A stretch of 48,798 bases of DNA, taken from the IMG/VR virus record IMGVR_UViG_3300022542_000629, positions 1 to 48,798 of that record. One strand, written 5' to 3'. The stretch comes from a virus. Within the stretch, counting starts at the first letter, position 1. Each line of letters opens with the position of its first letter. Positions 30,119-39,390 of this stretch are shown here, piece by piece. Both the position numbers and the translations under genes were made by a program. Below the pieces are notes generated by a model, which had not been told where the DNA came from, did no database searches, and was given only the letters and a program-made list of their open reading frames with translations.

Positions 30119-31213
30119 ATGGCTACAGGACGAAGAGATACAACCCACCTGGTCATGCTGACAGGCTGGGACGCGACAGCATTAGAAGAGTTCAAGTTGC
30201 TGGATGGCACGACCTACGGTCAAGTGGTGGCGATGCTCAATACCAATCTGACCGGGCTCAACGCTGAGTTCGCCGGGGACTGGATGACCGGATTATATAG
30301 CGTAGATGACCAGCCAGACCTGGAGTACCGGGTTGGTGCCAGCAACGCGATGGAAGATCACACTGAGTATGGATTGCCCGATGCACAGCGCGCCGAGACA
30401 GAAGGTCACATGTTGCCGCTGAAACAGCGCGACTATATGCTTGGCTGGACATACGACTACTTGCGCGATGCCAGGATGCCACAGATTGAGGCTGACATCT
30501 ACGCCGGCGTCAAGGCAGCGAGGGACATCCGCCGCCAGCGCATCTTGCGGCGCTTGCTCAAACGCGGTGACGACAGTGGGGCCGCGCTCAAGTTGGGCAC
30601 GGGTGGCTACTCCCCCGGCTTCGCCACCGCCGCAGCCTCGACCTCAGTAGACTATACGCCACCGGCGAACGCGGGAACCTCGTTTGACAGCGACCATGAA
30701 CACTACGTTGGTATTGCCGGCGGAGTATTCACTAACGCCGTCTTCACCGACGCCTACGATGAGCTAAGAGAGCACGGCTTTGAGCCGCCTTTTGAGTTCA
30801 TCATCGGCCCAAGCGACCGGGCCGCTGTCGAGGCGTTAACCAACTTCACCGCCGCTGCTGACAACCTCATCATCTATGGTGCTACCCAGGATCGGGCGCG
30901 AGTGCCGGGCGAGTACATCGGCACTATCTCACACTTCATGGTGCGGGAGGTTAGAGGCGTTCCTCAGTACTACGGGTTCGGCTACAAGACCTTTGGACGC
31001 CTGAGCCGTAAGAACCCGCTGCGCGTCCGCCTTCACAAAGGTGAGAGCGCTCTCCGGGTACTGGCAATGCCTCACCCGAATGCAGGGACTGGGATTGTCC
31101 CGCTCCAGAATTTGATGACATATATCGAGTTCGGCGTGGGTGTCTATGATCGCACCAACGGGACGGCGCGTTACGTGAACAATGCGACCTGGGCCGATGG
31201 CACAGCAACCTAG
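30119..31213 (+). CDS. Major capsid protein
   Basis: 364 aa in the expected position, with strong RBS AGGAGGTAAACAAAA and a strong hairpin downstream. Confidence 0.8.
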   Translation: MATGRRDTTHLVMLTGWDATALEEFKLLDGTTYGQVVAMLNTNLTGLNAEFAGDWMTGLYSVDDQPDLEYRVGASNAMEDHTEYGLPDAQRAETEGHMLPLKQRDYMLGWTYDYLRDARMPQIEADIYAGVKAARDIRRQRILRRLLKRGDDSGAALKLGTGGYSPGFATAAASTSVDYTPPANAGTSFDSDHEHYVGIAGGVFTNAVFTDAYDELREHGFEPPFEFIIGPSDRAAVEALTNFTAAADNLIIYGATQDRARVPGEYIGTISHFMVREVRGVPQYYGFGYKTFGRLSRKNPLRVRLHKGESALRVLAMPHPNAGTGIVPLQNLMTYIEFGVGVYDRTNGTARYVNNATWADGTAT

Positions 31214-31221
31214 TACAAGCC

Positions 31222-31243
31222 GGGGAGGGGCCTTCCCCTCCCC
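31222..31243 (+). terminator. Strong GC hairpin after the capsid gene (GGGGAGGGG-CCTT-CCCCTCCCC), no U-run
   Basis: A 9-bp perfect stem read from the sequence. Probably an mRNA-stabilising or partial terminator element. Confidence 0.5.
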
Positions 31244-31260
31244 GCTAAACTGGAGGTAAC

Positions 31261-31875
31261 ATGACAGAGAGACAAAAGCAGTGGTTACGGTACTTCTTGC
31301 TCGTGATTGCTATTCTGGTGGCTGGCTACTTCGGCGTGCGCTATCCGTTGCCTGAGATGCCGGAGTTCGTGCCGCCAGAGGGTATAGAACTTCAGGCTGT
31401 CGGGCCTACCCGTTTCCGTAGAATCTACATAGATCACGATGCGACCGTGGCAGGCGTACTCACTGCCAGCGGCGGAGTGGTTGGAGATGTGACAGGTGAT
31501 GTCGTGGGCAATGTCACCGGTGATGTCACGGGTGACGTGACGGGTGACCTGACAAACTCCAACTTCTTGATTTTAACCGAACAGACGGCTATCAGTGTGA
31601 CGGCGCAGGCGTTCATCACTCCAACAGGCACGCTCCAGCCCCTGACTTCTGCTGCCGCCGTGTCCACCAGCCTCAGCACCGCGATTATGTCGGGAACGAC
31701 CACAGGTGAGTTGCTCATTCTCGCAAATGAGAATGCCAGCGATATCATCACGATAGTCGGCACCGGCGCTAACGTGGAGTGCAAAGCAGACATTGCCTTG
31801 GGTGCCGGTGACACATTGTGGCTGTGGTGGAATGCGGTAGACTGGGAATGCCTGAGCGGCTACGACAACAGCTAG
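31261..31875 (+). CDS. N-terminally TM-anchored protein with a (GDVT)n repeat (204 aa)
   Basis: TM segment WLRYFLLVIAILVAGYFGV. VGDVTGDVVGNVTGDVTGDVTGDLT is encoded by a 12-nt periodic repeat at 31484..31555. Confidence 0.6.
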   Translation: MTERQKQWLRYFLLVIAILVAGYFGVRYPLPEMPEFVPPEGIELQAVGPTRFRRIYIDHDATVAGVLTASGGVVGDVTGDVVGNVTGDVTGDVTGDLTNSNFLILTEQTAISVTAQAFITPTGTLQPLTSAAAVSTSLSTAIMSGTTTGELLILANENASDIITIVGTGANVECKADIALGAGDTLWLWWNAVDWECLSGYDNS

Positions 31876-31884
31876 GAGACTACT

Positions 31885-32067
31885 ATGAAGTGTCCAGCCT
31901 GCGGCAAGCAAACGGAAGGCAGAGATCACAACAAGCGCGGCTTGCGCTGTACATTCTGTTGGGCGCGAGTGCCCGATGAACTACCTGAGCCGCCCAAGCC
32001 GAGGCGAAGGCGAAAAAAGCGTCTGCCAACAGAGGTAGAACTTGCTACCACTCTAGCGAATGAGTAA
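31885..32067 (+). CDS. Small zinc-ribbon protein with a basic tail (60 aa)
   Basis: CPACG...CTFC. RBS AGGAGA. Confidence 0.5.
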   Translation: MKCPACGKQTEGRDHNKRGLRCTFCWARVPDELPEPPKPRRRRKKRLPTEVELATTLANE

Positions 32068-32495
32068 TGGCCTTCACCTACGATGATACCCTAGCTGCTG
32101 ATCGCGACCGGGTACGCTTTGCGTTGCAAGACACAACGATAGACAGCGGCCCCAAGCCAGACGGCGGAAACTTCACAAATAGCGAGTTAGGTGGATTGGT
32201 TACACTCGAAGGCGAGTGGCAGCGGGCCGTCGCTGCCGGATTTGAGGCACTGGCCGCTATCTGGACGCAGTATGCCGACCTGAGCGAGGGGCCGCACAAA
32301 GAGACACTCTCACAGATTGCCGGAGGCCACCGCAAGAGCGCAGCCCTGTGGCGCGCCCGTAGTGGATCCGCCACACCTGCACGGGTAGCAGGTATCATCA
32401 AAATGGATGGCTACTCAGACGATGTTACCAGCGATGATGTAAATACCGCCAGTGAATACGGCATAACTTGGGAATATGTGAGAGTAAAAGATTAA
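32067..32495 (+). CDS. Head-tail connector/adaptor protein
   Basis: N-terminal DRDRVRFALQDT motif common in gp6-like adaptors. TAATG coupling. Confidence 0.55.
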   Translation: MAFTYDDTLAADRDRVRFALQDTTIDSGPKPDGGNFTNSELGGLVTLEGEWQRAVAAGFEALAAIWTQYADLSEGPHKETLSQIAGGHRKSAALWRARSGSATPARVAGIIKMDGYSDDVTSDDVNTASEYGITWEYVRVKD

Positions 32496-32839
32496 TGACT
32501 AGCGCCGGGTTCACGCTACGGGCCAATACCGCCGCCAGTACCAAGCGTTCGCCGATGATGACAGACGGCAAGGTGGGAGCGGCTACTGAGAATATAGCCA
32601 GCCTCAAGTGTTATCCGCTGGTACAGTTGAGTGATCCGGCGCTGATAGAGCAGTTCGCCACGAAGGCGGCCAGCCTGGTCTACGAGACATTTGTCCAGAA
32701 CGGGGTGGACATTCTAGCGGGCGACGTGCTGATAGTAGATAGCACGGATTATCTGGTGGTGGGCGTCAACGCCTATCCCTGGCCTGGCCCGGGTGGCAAT
32801 CGGCTACACGTCATCGTGGAGGGAGTGCAAACGCTATGA
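32495..32839 (+). CDS. Head-tail joining (head closure-like) protein
   Basis: Position in the module. TAATG start/stop overlap. Confidence 0.5.
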   Translation: MTSAGFTLRANTAASTKRSPMMTDGKVGAATENIASLKCYPLVQLSDPALIEQFATKAASLVYETFVQNGVDILAGDVLIVDSTDYLVVGVNAYPWPGPGGNRLHVIVEGVQTL

Positions 32840-33240
32840 GCGTAGATCTATCCATTAAGGGCTTGCAAGAAGCGCAGCGGGCCAATCTCCAGATGATACG
32901 GGCGATGAAGCCCAGCGGCGCGCTTGGGCGGGCCATACAGTACGCAGGGCTGGCAATGCACCGTCACGTTGTACCTTCTACGCCGCACCAGTACGGTGCG
33001 CTGCGAGCAGCGCATACGATAGAGAATAAACCGCTACAGGCACGCATCTATATCAACCCAGGCGCACGCGCGCCGCGCAGCAAGCAGCGCCCGGCGGCTT
33101 ACGGCGCAATTCTGCACGGTCACGGTATGATACCCGGCCTGCGCAGCGGTATCCGCGCATTCTATGCCTATAGCGTCCAGACCTACGGCGACAAGGTGGC
33201 GAAGGGCGCGATCCGCGAGTTTAAGAGGGCGCTTCCATAA
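32836..33240 (+). CDS. HK97 gp10-like tail/neck component
   Basis: Position in the module, ATGA overlap, size 134 aa. Confidence 0.5.
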   Translation: MSVDLSIKGLQEAQRANLQMIRAMKPSGALGRAIQYAGLAMHRHVVPSTPHQYGALRAAHTIENKPLQARIYINPGARAPRSKQRPAAYGAILHGHGMIPGLRSGIRAFYAYSVQTYGDKVAKGAIREFKRALP

Positions 33241-33665
33241 TGGCGACACGCAAGGCAGCACGGGAGACATTATATGCAGTGGCAGTAGCATATATGACTA
33301 CCTGTGAGGAAGTCAATGATTACTTTAAGTCGGATCCAAAAGGCAAGTCTCCTGTGCTGTGCCTGCACGGCCGGGGCACACTAGCAAAGCCCTTCACGGC
33401 CAGAGGGAACCGTCCATCCTATGACTTTGACTTTATCACATATGTCCGACGCAGTGGCGAAGGCATTACAGAAGCCACAGCAGAGGACACATTAGATGAT
33501 GTGGCGCACCAACTTTATGAGATGGTGGAGGCGAACGATTGTAATGTTATCTGGCAGAGCCTCACCTATTCAGAGCCTAGCACGGCGCTGCCCGTGGACA
33601 TCGGCGGCGTGCCGTACTGGATGGAGGTGACAAGTCTGGCAATGGAGGTGATGAGTAGTGGATAA
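33240..33665 (+). CDS. Tail completion/terminator-like protein
   Basis: Position in the module. TAATG overlap. Confidence 0.45.
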   Translation: MATRKAARETLYAVAVAYMTTCEEVNDYFKSDPKGKSPVLCLHGRGTLAKPFTARGNRPSYDFDFITYVRRSGEGITEATAEDTLDDVAHQLYEMVEANDCNVIWQSLTYSEPSTALPVDIGGVPYWMEVTSLAMEVMSSG

Positions 33666-33912
33666 GTATAGAGTGCTAGCACGTATCTGGCACACCGGCG
33701 ATGGGTGTTACTACGAGACAGACGCAAACGTAACGATGACACACCTAGCGGACTTTCAAATCAAGCGGCTCATAGCGCAGGGCGTGATTGAGCCAGTGGA
33801 GAAGCCAAAACGCAAGAAACGGGAGGTAAAACAGCATGGCAACACTGACAATACAGGAAACGACCATAGCGGGGATAACACCAACGTGGACATCAGCCGC
33901 GGAGGCCGGTGA
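33658..33912 (+). CDS. Hypothetical protein (84 aa, GTG start)
   Basis: RBS GGAGGTGATGAGTA. Its last 77 nt overlap the next gene. Confidence 0.4.
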   Translation: MDKYRVLARIWHTGDGCYYETDANVTMTHLADFQIKRLIAQGVIEPVEKPKRKKREVKQHGNTDNTGNDHSGDNTNVDISRGGR

Positions 33913-34165
33913 CGAGTTTCTCAATACCGGCGATTGCTATTGTGAAGTCAAAAACGGCAGTGGCTCAGGGATCACCGTAACCGTGGCGACGCCAGGTAAG
34001 GTTGAGGGATTGGAAATCGAGGATCCTACTGTCGCAGTAGTGGCTACGACCGGCGTCAAGAGGTTCGGGCCATTCGATCCGAGCATCTGCAATAACTCAT
34101 CTGGGCGGGTAGCGATAACCTACAGCGCCCACGCCAGCGTCACGGTTGGCGCGTTCAAACTTTAG
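33836..34165 (+). CDS. Hypothetical tail-module protein (109 aa)
   Basis: RBS GGGAGGTAAAACAGC. Confidence 0.55.
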   Translation: MATLTIQETTIAGITPTWTSAAEAGDEFLNTGDCYCEVKNGSGSGITVTVATPGKVEGLEIEDPTVAVVATTGVKRFGPFDPSICNNSSGRVAITYSAHASVTVGAFKL

Positions 34166-34175
34166 GAGGTAGATT

Positions 34176-34625
34176 ATGGCGCAGACGACAGCAGCGATTA
34201 GCTTTAAGGATGTGAAGGTTGAGACTTCACCGGACAATTCAAACTGGACAGATGTCAGCGGTTTCGCCTCTGCCGTCTCAGTGGACGGTGGGGAAAGAGC
34301 GACCGGTGTCAAGTACACCTTTGACGGCGACACGGCCATTTTGCGCAGTGCCAAGCGCGGGCCGCTGACCGTTACCGTCAACGTGGCCTACACGGAGGGC
34401 GCAAGTGACCCGACCGAAGTCATCCGCGCTATCTATGAGGCGGGCTCAGACTTCTACGTTCGCTGGTCTCCGAAAGGCGGCGACTCATCCGAGTTCCTGT
34501 ACACCACAGCGGCAGGCATCGTTAAGAACCCGCTGTACCCAGGCGGCGAGGCTGAGAGCGGCGACCCGGTAATGGTTGACTTCGTGCTGGAGACGCCTAG
34601 CATCACCAAGTCGGCGGTAGCGTAG
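34176..34625 (+). CDS. Major tail (tube) protein
   Basis: 149 aa directly upstream of the chaperone pair. RBS TAGGAGGTAGATT. Confidence 0.65.
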   Translation: MAQTTAAISFKDVKVETSPDNSNWTDVSGFASAVSVDGGERATGVKYTFDGDTAILRSAKRGPLTVTVNVAYTEGASDPTEVIRAIYEAGSDFYVRWSPKGGDSSEFLYTTAAGIVKNPLYPGGEAESGDPVMVDFVLETPSITKSAVA

Positions 34626-35011
34626 TGCCTGCCCGCAGCCCTGCAGGCGGGGCTGGCAAGCCCAAGACGGATAAACCCAAGCCCAAGCCGCTAGAGCCAG
34701 GCGAATTCTACAATGAGGCGCTGGGTTGCCGATTCACATTGCCCGAACCGTTCCGCCTACGCCACGTGGAACAATACGAGGCAGGACGTGACAAAGCGAA
34801 AGCCAGCGGTGCGCAGTTTGCGCCGTCTGTCAACTGGACGGGCGCGCTAGAGATAATCGGGGATTGGGACTGCGAGGCGTTGCCTGATCCGCACAAGTTA
34901 TCACCGGCTGACCTGGAAGACGTGCACGGCCCGGTGCTCCAGGTTGTGATGTGGGTTGGTAGTCAAGTCAACGTCTACGTACTATCCAAGCTCTACATCC
35001 CAAAAAACTAA
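34625..35011 (+). CDS. Tail assembly chaperone (G-like, zero-frame product)
   Basis: Position between the tail tube and tape measure genes. Ends ...IPKN* with the slippery site inside the last codons. Confidence 0.65.
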   Translation: MPARSPAGGAGKPKTDKPKPKPLEPGEFYNEALGCRFTLPEPFRLRHVEQYEAGRDKAKASGAQFAPSVNWTGALEIIGDWDCEALPDPHKLSPADLEDVHGPVLQVVMWVGSQVNVYVLSKLYIPKN

Positions 35012-35307
35012 TCCTCGCGGCTGGCGACTGTGCTACAGACGACGACTGCCCGCCGCCGAGGGAGTTGATCAATGCGTGGCGGTGTAACAGATATAAAACA
35101 TTGCCAGAACCAGGCGGCATGCGTGACCAGTTAGCCGGTGACATAGAACGGATAGAGGCAGCGGAGACCGTCTACGATGCGGTGTCAAGTTGGCGCAGAA
35201 TGTTTTATGATGGCATAGGTGGCGGCGCGGCTCATTGGCAACGCACACATCGGCATTATTGGCACGTTACGCAACAATGGATGAGGTTGAAAGATGCCAA
35301 CCTATAG
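34625..35307 (+). CDS. Tail assembly chaperone G-T fusion made by a -1 frameshift at A_AAA_AAC (35002..35008)
   Basis: After a -1 slip the frame reads KKLILAAGDCATDDDCPPPRELINAWRCNRYK... with no stop, and merges with ORF 35065..35307. The frames were checked by coordinate arithmetic. Confidence 0.7.
35002..35008 (+). other. Slippery heptamer A_AAA_AAC for -1 programmed frameshifting
   Basis: Zero-frame codons cca aaa aac taa. The X_XXY_YYZ pattern is read directly from the sequence. Confidence 0.7.
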
Positions 35308-37474
35308 CCTCGACATCATCATCAAAGCCATAGACCAGGCCAGTGCCAACCTCAAAACCGTTGGCGGCTCACTGGGCACGCTGGGACAAGAGGCAAGTAA
35401 CGCAGCGCAATCCCTCCAGCCGCTAGGCTTGGGCCTAGCGGCTCTGTCTGCCACGGGTGGCGCACTCATCGGCACAGCGGCGATGACCGCCGCTCGTGTT
35501 CAAGTCCTCGGAACGGTTCTTGAAACGGTTGGCGGAAACGCTGGCTATTCTAAAGAGGAACTGGCCGCCTTTGAAGCTGGCCTCATGGAGACGGGCATCA
35601 CCGCCGGCGCTTCTCGCCAGGGCCTCATCCAGATGGCACAGGCGGAAATAGACCTATCCCACGCAACAGACCTCGCGCGGCTAGCACAGGACGCTGCTGT
35701 TATTGCTAACCTCAACTCTTCTGAAGCTTACGAGAGGCTAATTACAGGCATCCAGCGCGGTGAGATAGAACTGCTGAAAACAATGGGCCTCACTGTGGAC
35801 TTTGCTGGTGCTTACAAGATAATGGCAGCGCAGTTAGGCAAGACTACGCAGGAGTTGACGGCCAGTGAGAAGATGCAAGCCCGCCTTAATGAGACCATGA
35901 AGGCAGGCGAAGGTATAAGTGGCGTCTATATCAATGCAATGGATGACGTGGGCAAAAAGATGGGCAGCATCAAGGGTGACGTTCAGGATGCTGCTAATGC
36001 CCTAGGTCAGGCATATCTCCCAGCAATGGGAAAGGCTGTAGATGCCACACGCGACGCCCTGGCCTGGTTCACTGAACTGGACGCGGGCACACAAAAGAAT
36101 ATTGCAACCTTCTTGGGCCTGGGTACAGCGGTAACAGGCGCGGGTGGCGCGCTCATTCTTGCTACGCCGAAGATCATCACAATGGTCGGCACCCTCTCGA
36201 CACTGGTAACGATGACTAGTAATGTCGGCGCTGGTTTCTCGCTATTCACCAGCGGGGCGAGCATGGCACAGGTTGCCTCGCTAGGGCTGGCCGGGGCCAT
36301 CGGCGGAGTTGTATTGCCTCTTACCCTCTTTGCTGCCGCAATGGCTGGTGTAATATGGGCAGCGCAACAGATACCAGAATCGATGAAGCGCTCTACCGAG
36401 TCCATCATTGGCATGGGTGAGGCGTCAATATGGTTTGAGGGCGTGGGCGCAGACCTGCAAGCGGGCATGGAGGCAACGACCGTATCTGCGGAAGCCTATG
36501 AATTGGGAATGACCAACCTACTTCATGAGACGCACCGCCTCAATGCCGGTCAACGCAAACTGACCGGAAGTGTTGCTGACGTAGATGTACAATTGGGGGA
36601 GACGGCTACAGAAGTTGTCACGTATGCTAGTGAAATGAGCATGCTCACAGAGGCACTGGAGGGGCCAGTCTCAAAGGCCAATGAGGATTACACGGCGCAA
36701 CAAGTGAGAATTAGCCACGAACTTATTGAGGCAAGGAAACGATTAAAGGAACTAGGAGCACAGCACGGTAATTATGACGGTGAGATAGCAGAGACAGAGG
36801 CAACGCTGGTGAGCCTGGAAGGCGAACTGGTGAGCTTGGACGCCCAGCACCGCGCCGTGATGAACCAAATTGTCTATGACATGATGATGGCCCGCCTGGC
36901 AACAGAGGGCTGGACAAGCGCCGAAACAGAACTGGCATTAGAGACAGCCAGAGCGATGGGCATCATAGATGAGGAAACATGGGCGGCGGCAACGAATATG
37001 AATGCCGCGCTCGATAGTTTTGCCGAAGGCGAGTCGGTAGACAATACGATCAATTCAATCTTGGGAATAGGTGAGGAAATAAGCGGGCTGGGGCCAGTAG
37101 CCAGTGAAGCAGGCACGGGAATTGGGGCGGGTATATCAAGTGGGGCTGCTGAGGGCGTCGAGGCAATCGACAAGGTAACAGCGGCGATCATGGGCGTACC
37201 GAAGACTATTGACATCGTCACAAATTACTCATCTACAGGTGTTCCCCCCTGGCACGCTGCTAGTGGCGAGGTAGGCTATCAGCACGGCACTGACTACGTG
37301 CCGCGCACCGGTTGGGCTTACTTACACAAAGGCGAGGCGGTGCTACCTGCGCAGGTGGCGGCGCAATATAGAGCCGGTGATACTAATTTTAATATCTCTG
37401 CAAACTATGCTTACCAATCTGAGCGCAGTCTGTGCGATGACATCCGAATAATGCAACTACTGAGTGTGCAATGA
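35294..37474 (+). CDS. Tape measure protein
   Basis: 726 aa downstream of the chaperones. Helical, Ala/Gly-rich, with hydrophobic central segments. Confidence 0.8.
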   Translation: MPTYSLDIIIKAIDQASANLKTVGGSLGTLGQEASNAAQSLQPLGLGLAALSATGGALIGTAAMTAARVQVLGTVLETVGGNAGYSKEELAAFEAGLMETGITAGASRQGLIQMAQAEIDLSHATDLARLAQDAAVIANLNSSEAYERLITGIQRGEIELLKTMGLTVDFAGAYKIMAAQLGKTTQELTASEKMQARLNETMKAGEGISGVYINAMDDVGKKMGSIKGDVQDAANALGQAYLPAMGKAVDATRDALAWFTELDAGTQKNIATFLGLGTAVTGAGGALILATPKIITMVGTLSTLVTMTSNVGAGFSLFTSGASMAQVASLGLAGAIGGVVLPLTLFAAAMAGVIWAAQQIPESMKRSTESIIGMGEASIWFEGVGADLQAGMEATTVSAEAYELGMTNLLHETHRLNAGQRKLTGSVADVDVQLGETATEVVTYASEMSMLTEALEGPVSKANEDYTAQQVRISHELIEARKRLKELGAQHGNYDGEIAETEATLVSLEGELVSLDAQHRAVMNQIVYDMMMARLATEGWTSAETELALETARAMGIIDEETWAAATNMNAALDSFAEGESVDNTINSILGIGEEISGLGPVASEAGTGIGAGISSGAAEGVEAIDKVTAAIMGVPKTIDIVTNYSSTGVPPWHAASGEVGYQHGTDYVPRTGWAYLHKGEAVLPAQVAAQYRAGDTNFNISANYAYQSERSLCDDIRIMQLLSVQ

Positions 37475-38355
37475 ACCTAGACGTTATCGTCAATGGCATA
37501 GAGTACAGCCTGGATGACGGTACTTATTGTCAACACCTGGGCCACGACGGCGTGGGCATGATGCCATCTCACCGACTCACCCAACGCGGGCCAATGCAAC
37601 ACGGCGTAACCGACCTGGGCTTTCGTGGCGATCCGCGCACCGTGCAATTAGCGCTGCTCATAGAAGGCATGTCCATGAGCAACTATTGGGCCCGGCGCAC
37701 GGCATTGATGAATCTGTTCAAGCCAACAAACGATGCACTCAAATTGCGGTTCACACTAGAAAACGGCGACGTGCGTCAATTGGATTGTCAATTTGTCGGC
37801 AATATGAACCTGGGAAGCCAAGAGAAGATGCGTTACACGCACGCTGCCGGAGTGACGCTAAGAGCCGCCGATCCTTCATTCTATGACCCTGTCAGCAAGA
37901 CGGCGATCTTTGCGCTAGGTGGTGGCTCAGCGGCATTTGAGATTCCAATGGCGATACCGCTAAATATTGGCGTTAGTACGCTCAATCAGGCAGTGACGAT
38001 TGACTATGACGGCAGTTGGTTAGCATATCCGTATCGCATACGCATCACCGGCCCCATCACCGACGCCTGCGTAACCAACCTGGCGACAGATGAGAAGTTG
38101 GACTTTGATGGTACTACGATAGCCGCTGCCGACTATTATGATATAGATTGCCGTTATGCATACAAAACTGTGCTAGATAGCAGCGATGTAAACAAGATAG
38201 CCGATTTGACAGAGGATAGTGACCTGGCAACCTGGCATTTAGCAGCAGATCCCGACATAACAGACGGCCAGAACGGGATCCAGGTGTCAGGTACATCAGT
38301 GACGGCAGCAACGGAAGTTATAATTCAATGGTTTGATAGGTTTGTAGGGATATGA
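37471..38355 (+). CDS. Distal tail protein (Dit-like)
   Basis: 294 aa immediately after the tape measure gene, with ATGA overlap. Confidence 0.6.
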   Translation: MNLDVIVNGIEYSLDDGTYCQHLGHDGVGMMPSHRLTQRGPMQHGVTDLGFRGDPRTVQLALLIEGMSMSNYWARRTALMNLFKPTNDALKLRFTLENGDVRQLDCQFVGNMNLGSQEKMRYTHAAGVTLRAADPSFYDPVSKTAIFALGGGSAAFEIPMAIPLNIGVSTLNQAVTIDYDGSWLAYPYRIRITGPITDACVTNLATDEKLDFDGTTIAAADYYDIDCRYAYKTVLDSSDVNKIADLTEDSDLATWHLAADPDITDGQNGIQVSGTSVTAATEVIIQWFDRFVGI

Positions 38356-39327
38356 TTAGCGATTGCCCCACCTGGCAATGTTTCCGGCTTTGCCACCCAA
38401 TGGCGCGATTCGCATCAGATGCTCATAGAATTTGTCACTTTTGAGGTAGCACTCGCGGCATAGTTCGGACTTTTTTGATTTGTTTTTGCGCCCGCAGTTT
38501 GGGCAGACAGTTTTAGGCTTTGGTTTGTTGAACTTTGAAAAGTCGCTCACGGCATGAAGCATTCTATCTTGCTTGACTGGATGATAGAAGTGCCCGCCAA
38601 GGGCACGGAAATCTTCCCGCCGTATGCTAAGGCCATAAAGTTTTTTACCTGATTTTAAGATACTTACTAAGCGTAGATTAGCGTGTCTATTTCCAGCAGA
38701 ATCAAGAAGCGCAGGGAGTTGCAGAATCCATTCTTGGGTGTTGCGAATACGAATACCGCCGTTGGCTTGTACATAGCCATCGCCGTCAATGGCAGCAGAA
38801 ACGAACGCCATTTTATCAGGAAGGCTGGCCTTGAATAGGAAAGCAGGAATGATGGACTTGCCAGAGCATTGCCGATCCATCCAGCGAGCAAAGAGAGTGG
38901 AATAGCAACGGATATGGTAGATTATACCACCAGCCTTAATGTGAATATTGTGCTTTTCATTATCAACACTTCTTTGCACCATTCTTGTCCTTTTGGCTGG
39001 GAGTCCAACATGGGAAAGGCACCTTTCGAGATGGTCAAGTATTTCTGTTATTGTATTGCAAAGGGCAACGCCCCTGGCCGCCTTAGATTTATAGTTGCGA
39101 AGAAGCGTTCCATCCGTGAGAAAGAAGCCGATTATGTACGCCAATTCTGGCGAAGAGCCAGGAAAAGTCCACTGGTGAGTGATACCCTGACCAGGAGACA
39201 GGTCATTGGCTTTTGCTATTCTACCAACGACATATCTGGAGCAATTACATTTTTCAGCAATCTGGCCTTGTGTATATTGGCGCAATTGCAAATATTCAAG
39301 AACTTTCTGGTGATTTACTTTGGGCAT
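38356..39327 (-). CDS. LAGLIDADG homing endonuclease (double motif) with an N-terminal HTH and a C-terminal zinc ribbon, antisense to the tail operon
   Basis: LAYIIGFFLTDGTL and FVSAAIDGDGYV motifs. CPNCG...CRECY. RBS AAGGAGCAAAACA before ATG 39327. AT-rich. Its stop codon abuts the Dit stop with no spacer. Confidence 0.7.
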   Translation of the reverse strand: MPKVNHQKVLEYLQLRQYTQGQIAEKCNCSRYVVGRIAKANDLSPGQGITHQWTFPGSSPELAYIIGFFLTDGTLLRNYKSKAARGVALCNTITEILDHLERCLSHVGLPAKRTRMVQRSVDNEKHNIHIKAGGIIYHIRCYSTLFARWMDRQCSGKSIIPAFLFKASLPDKMAFVSAAIDGDGYVQANGGIRIRNTQEWILQLPALLDSAGNRHANLRLVSILKSGKKLYGLSIRREDFRALGGHFYHPVKQDRMLHAVSDFSKFNKPKPKTVCPNCGRKNKSKKSELCRECYLKSDKFYEHLMRIAPLGGKAGNIARWGNR

Positions 39328-39390
39328 TGTTTTGCTCCTTCTGCTAATATAGAATAGCAGAAGTATACCATATAATAGGAGATATGTCAA

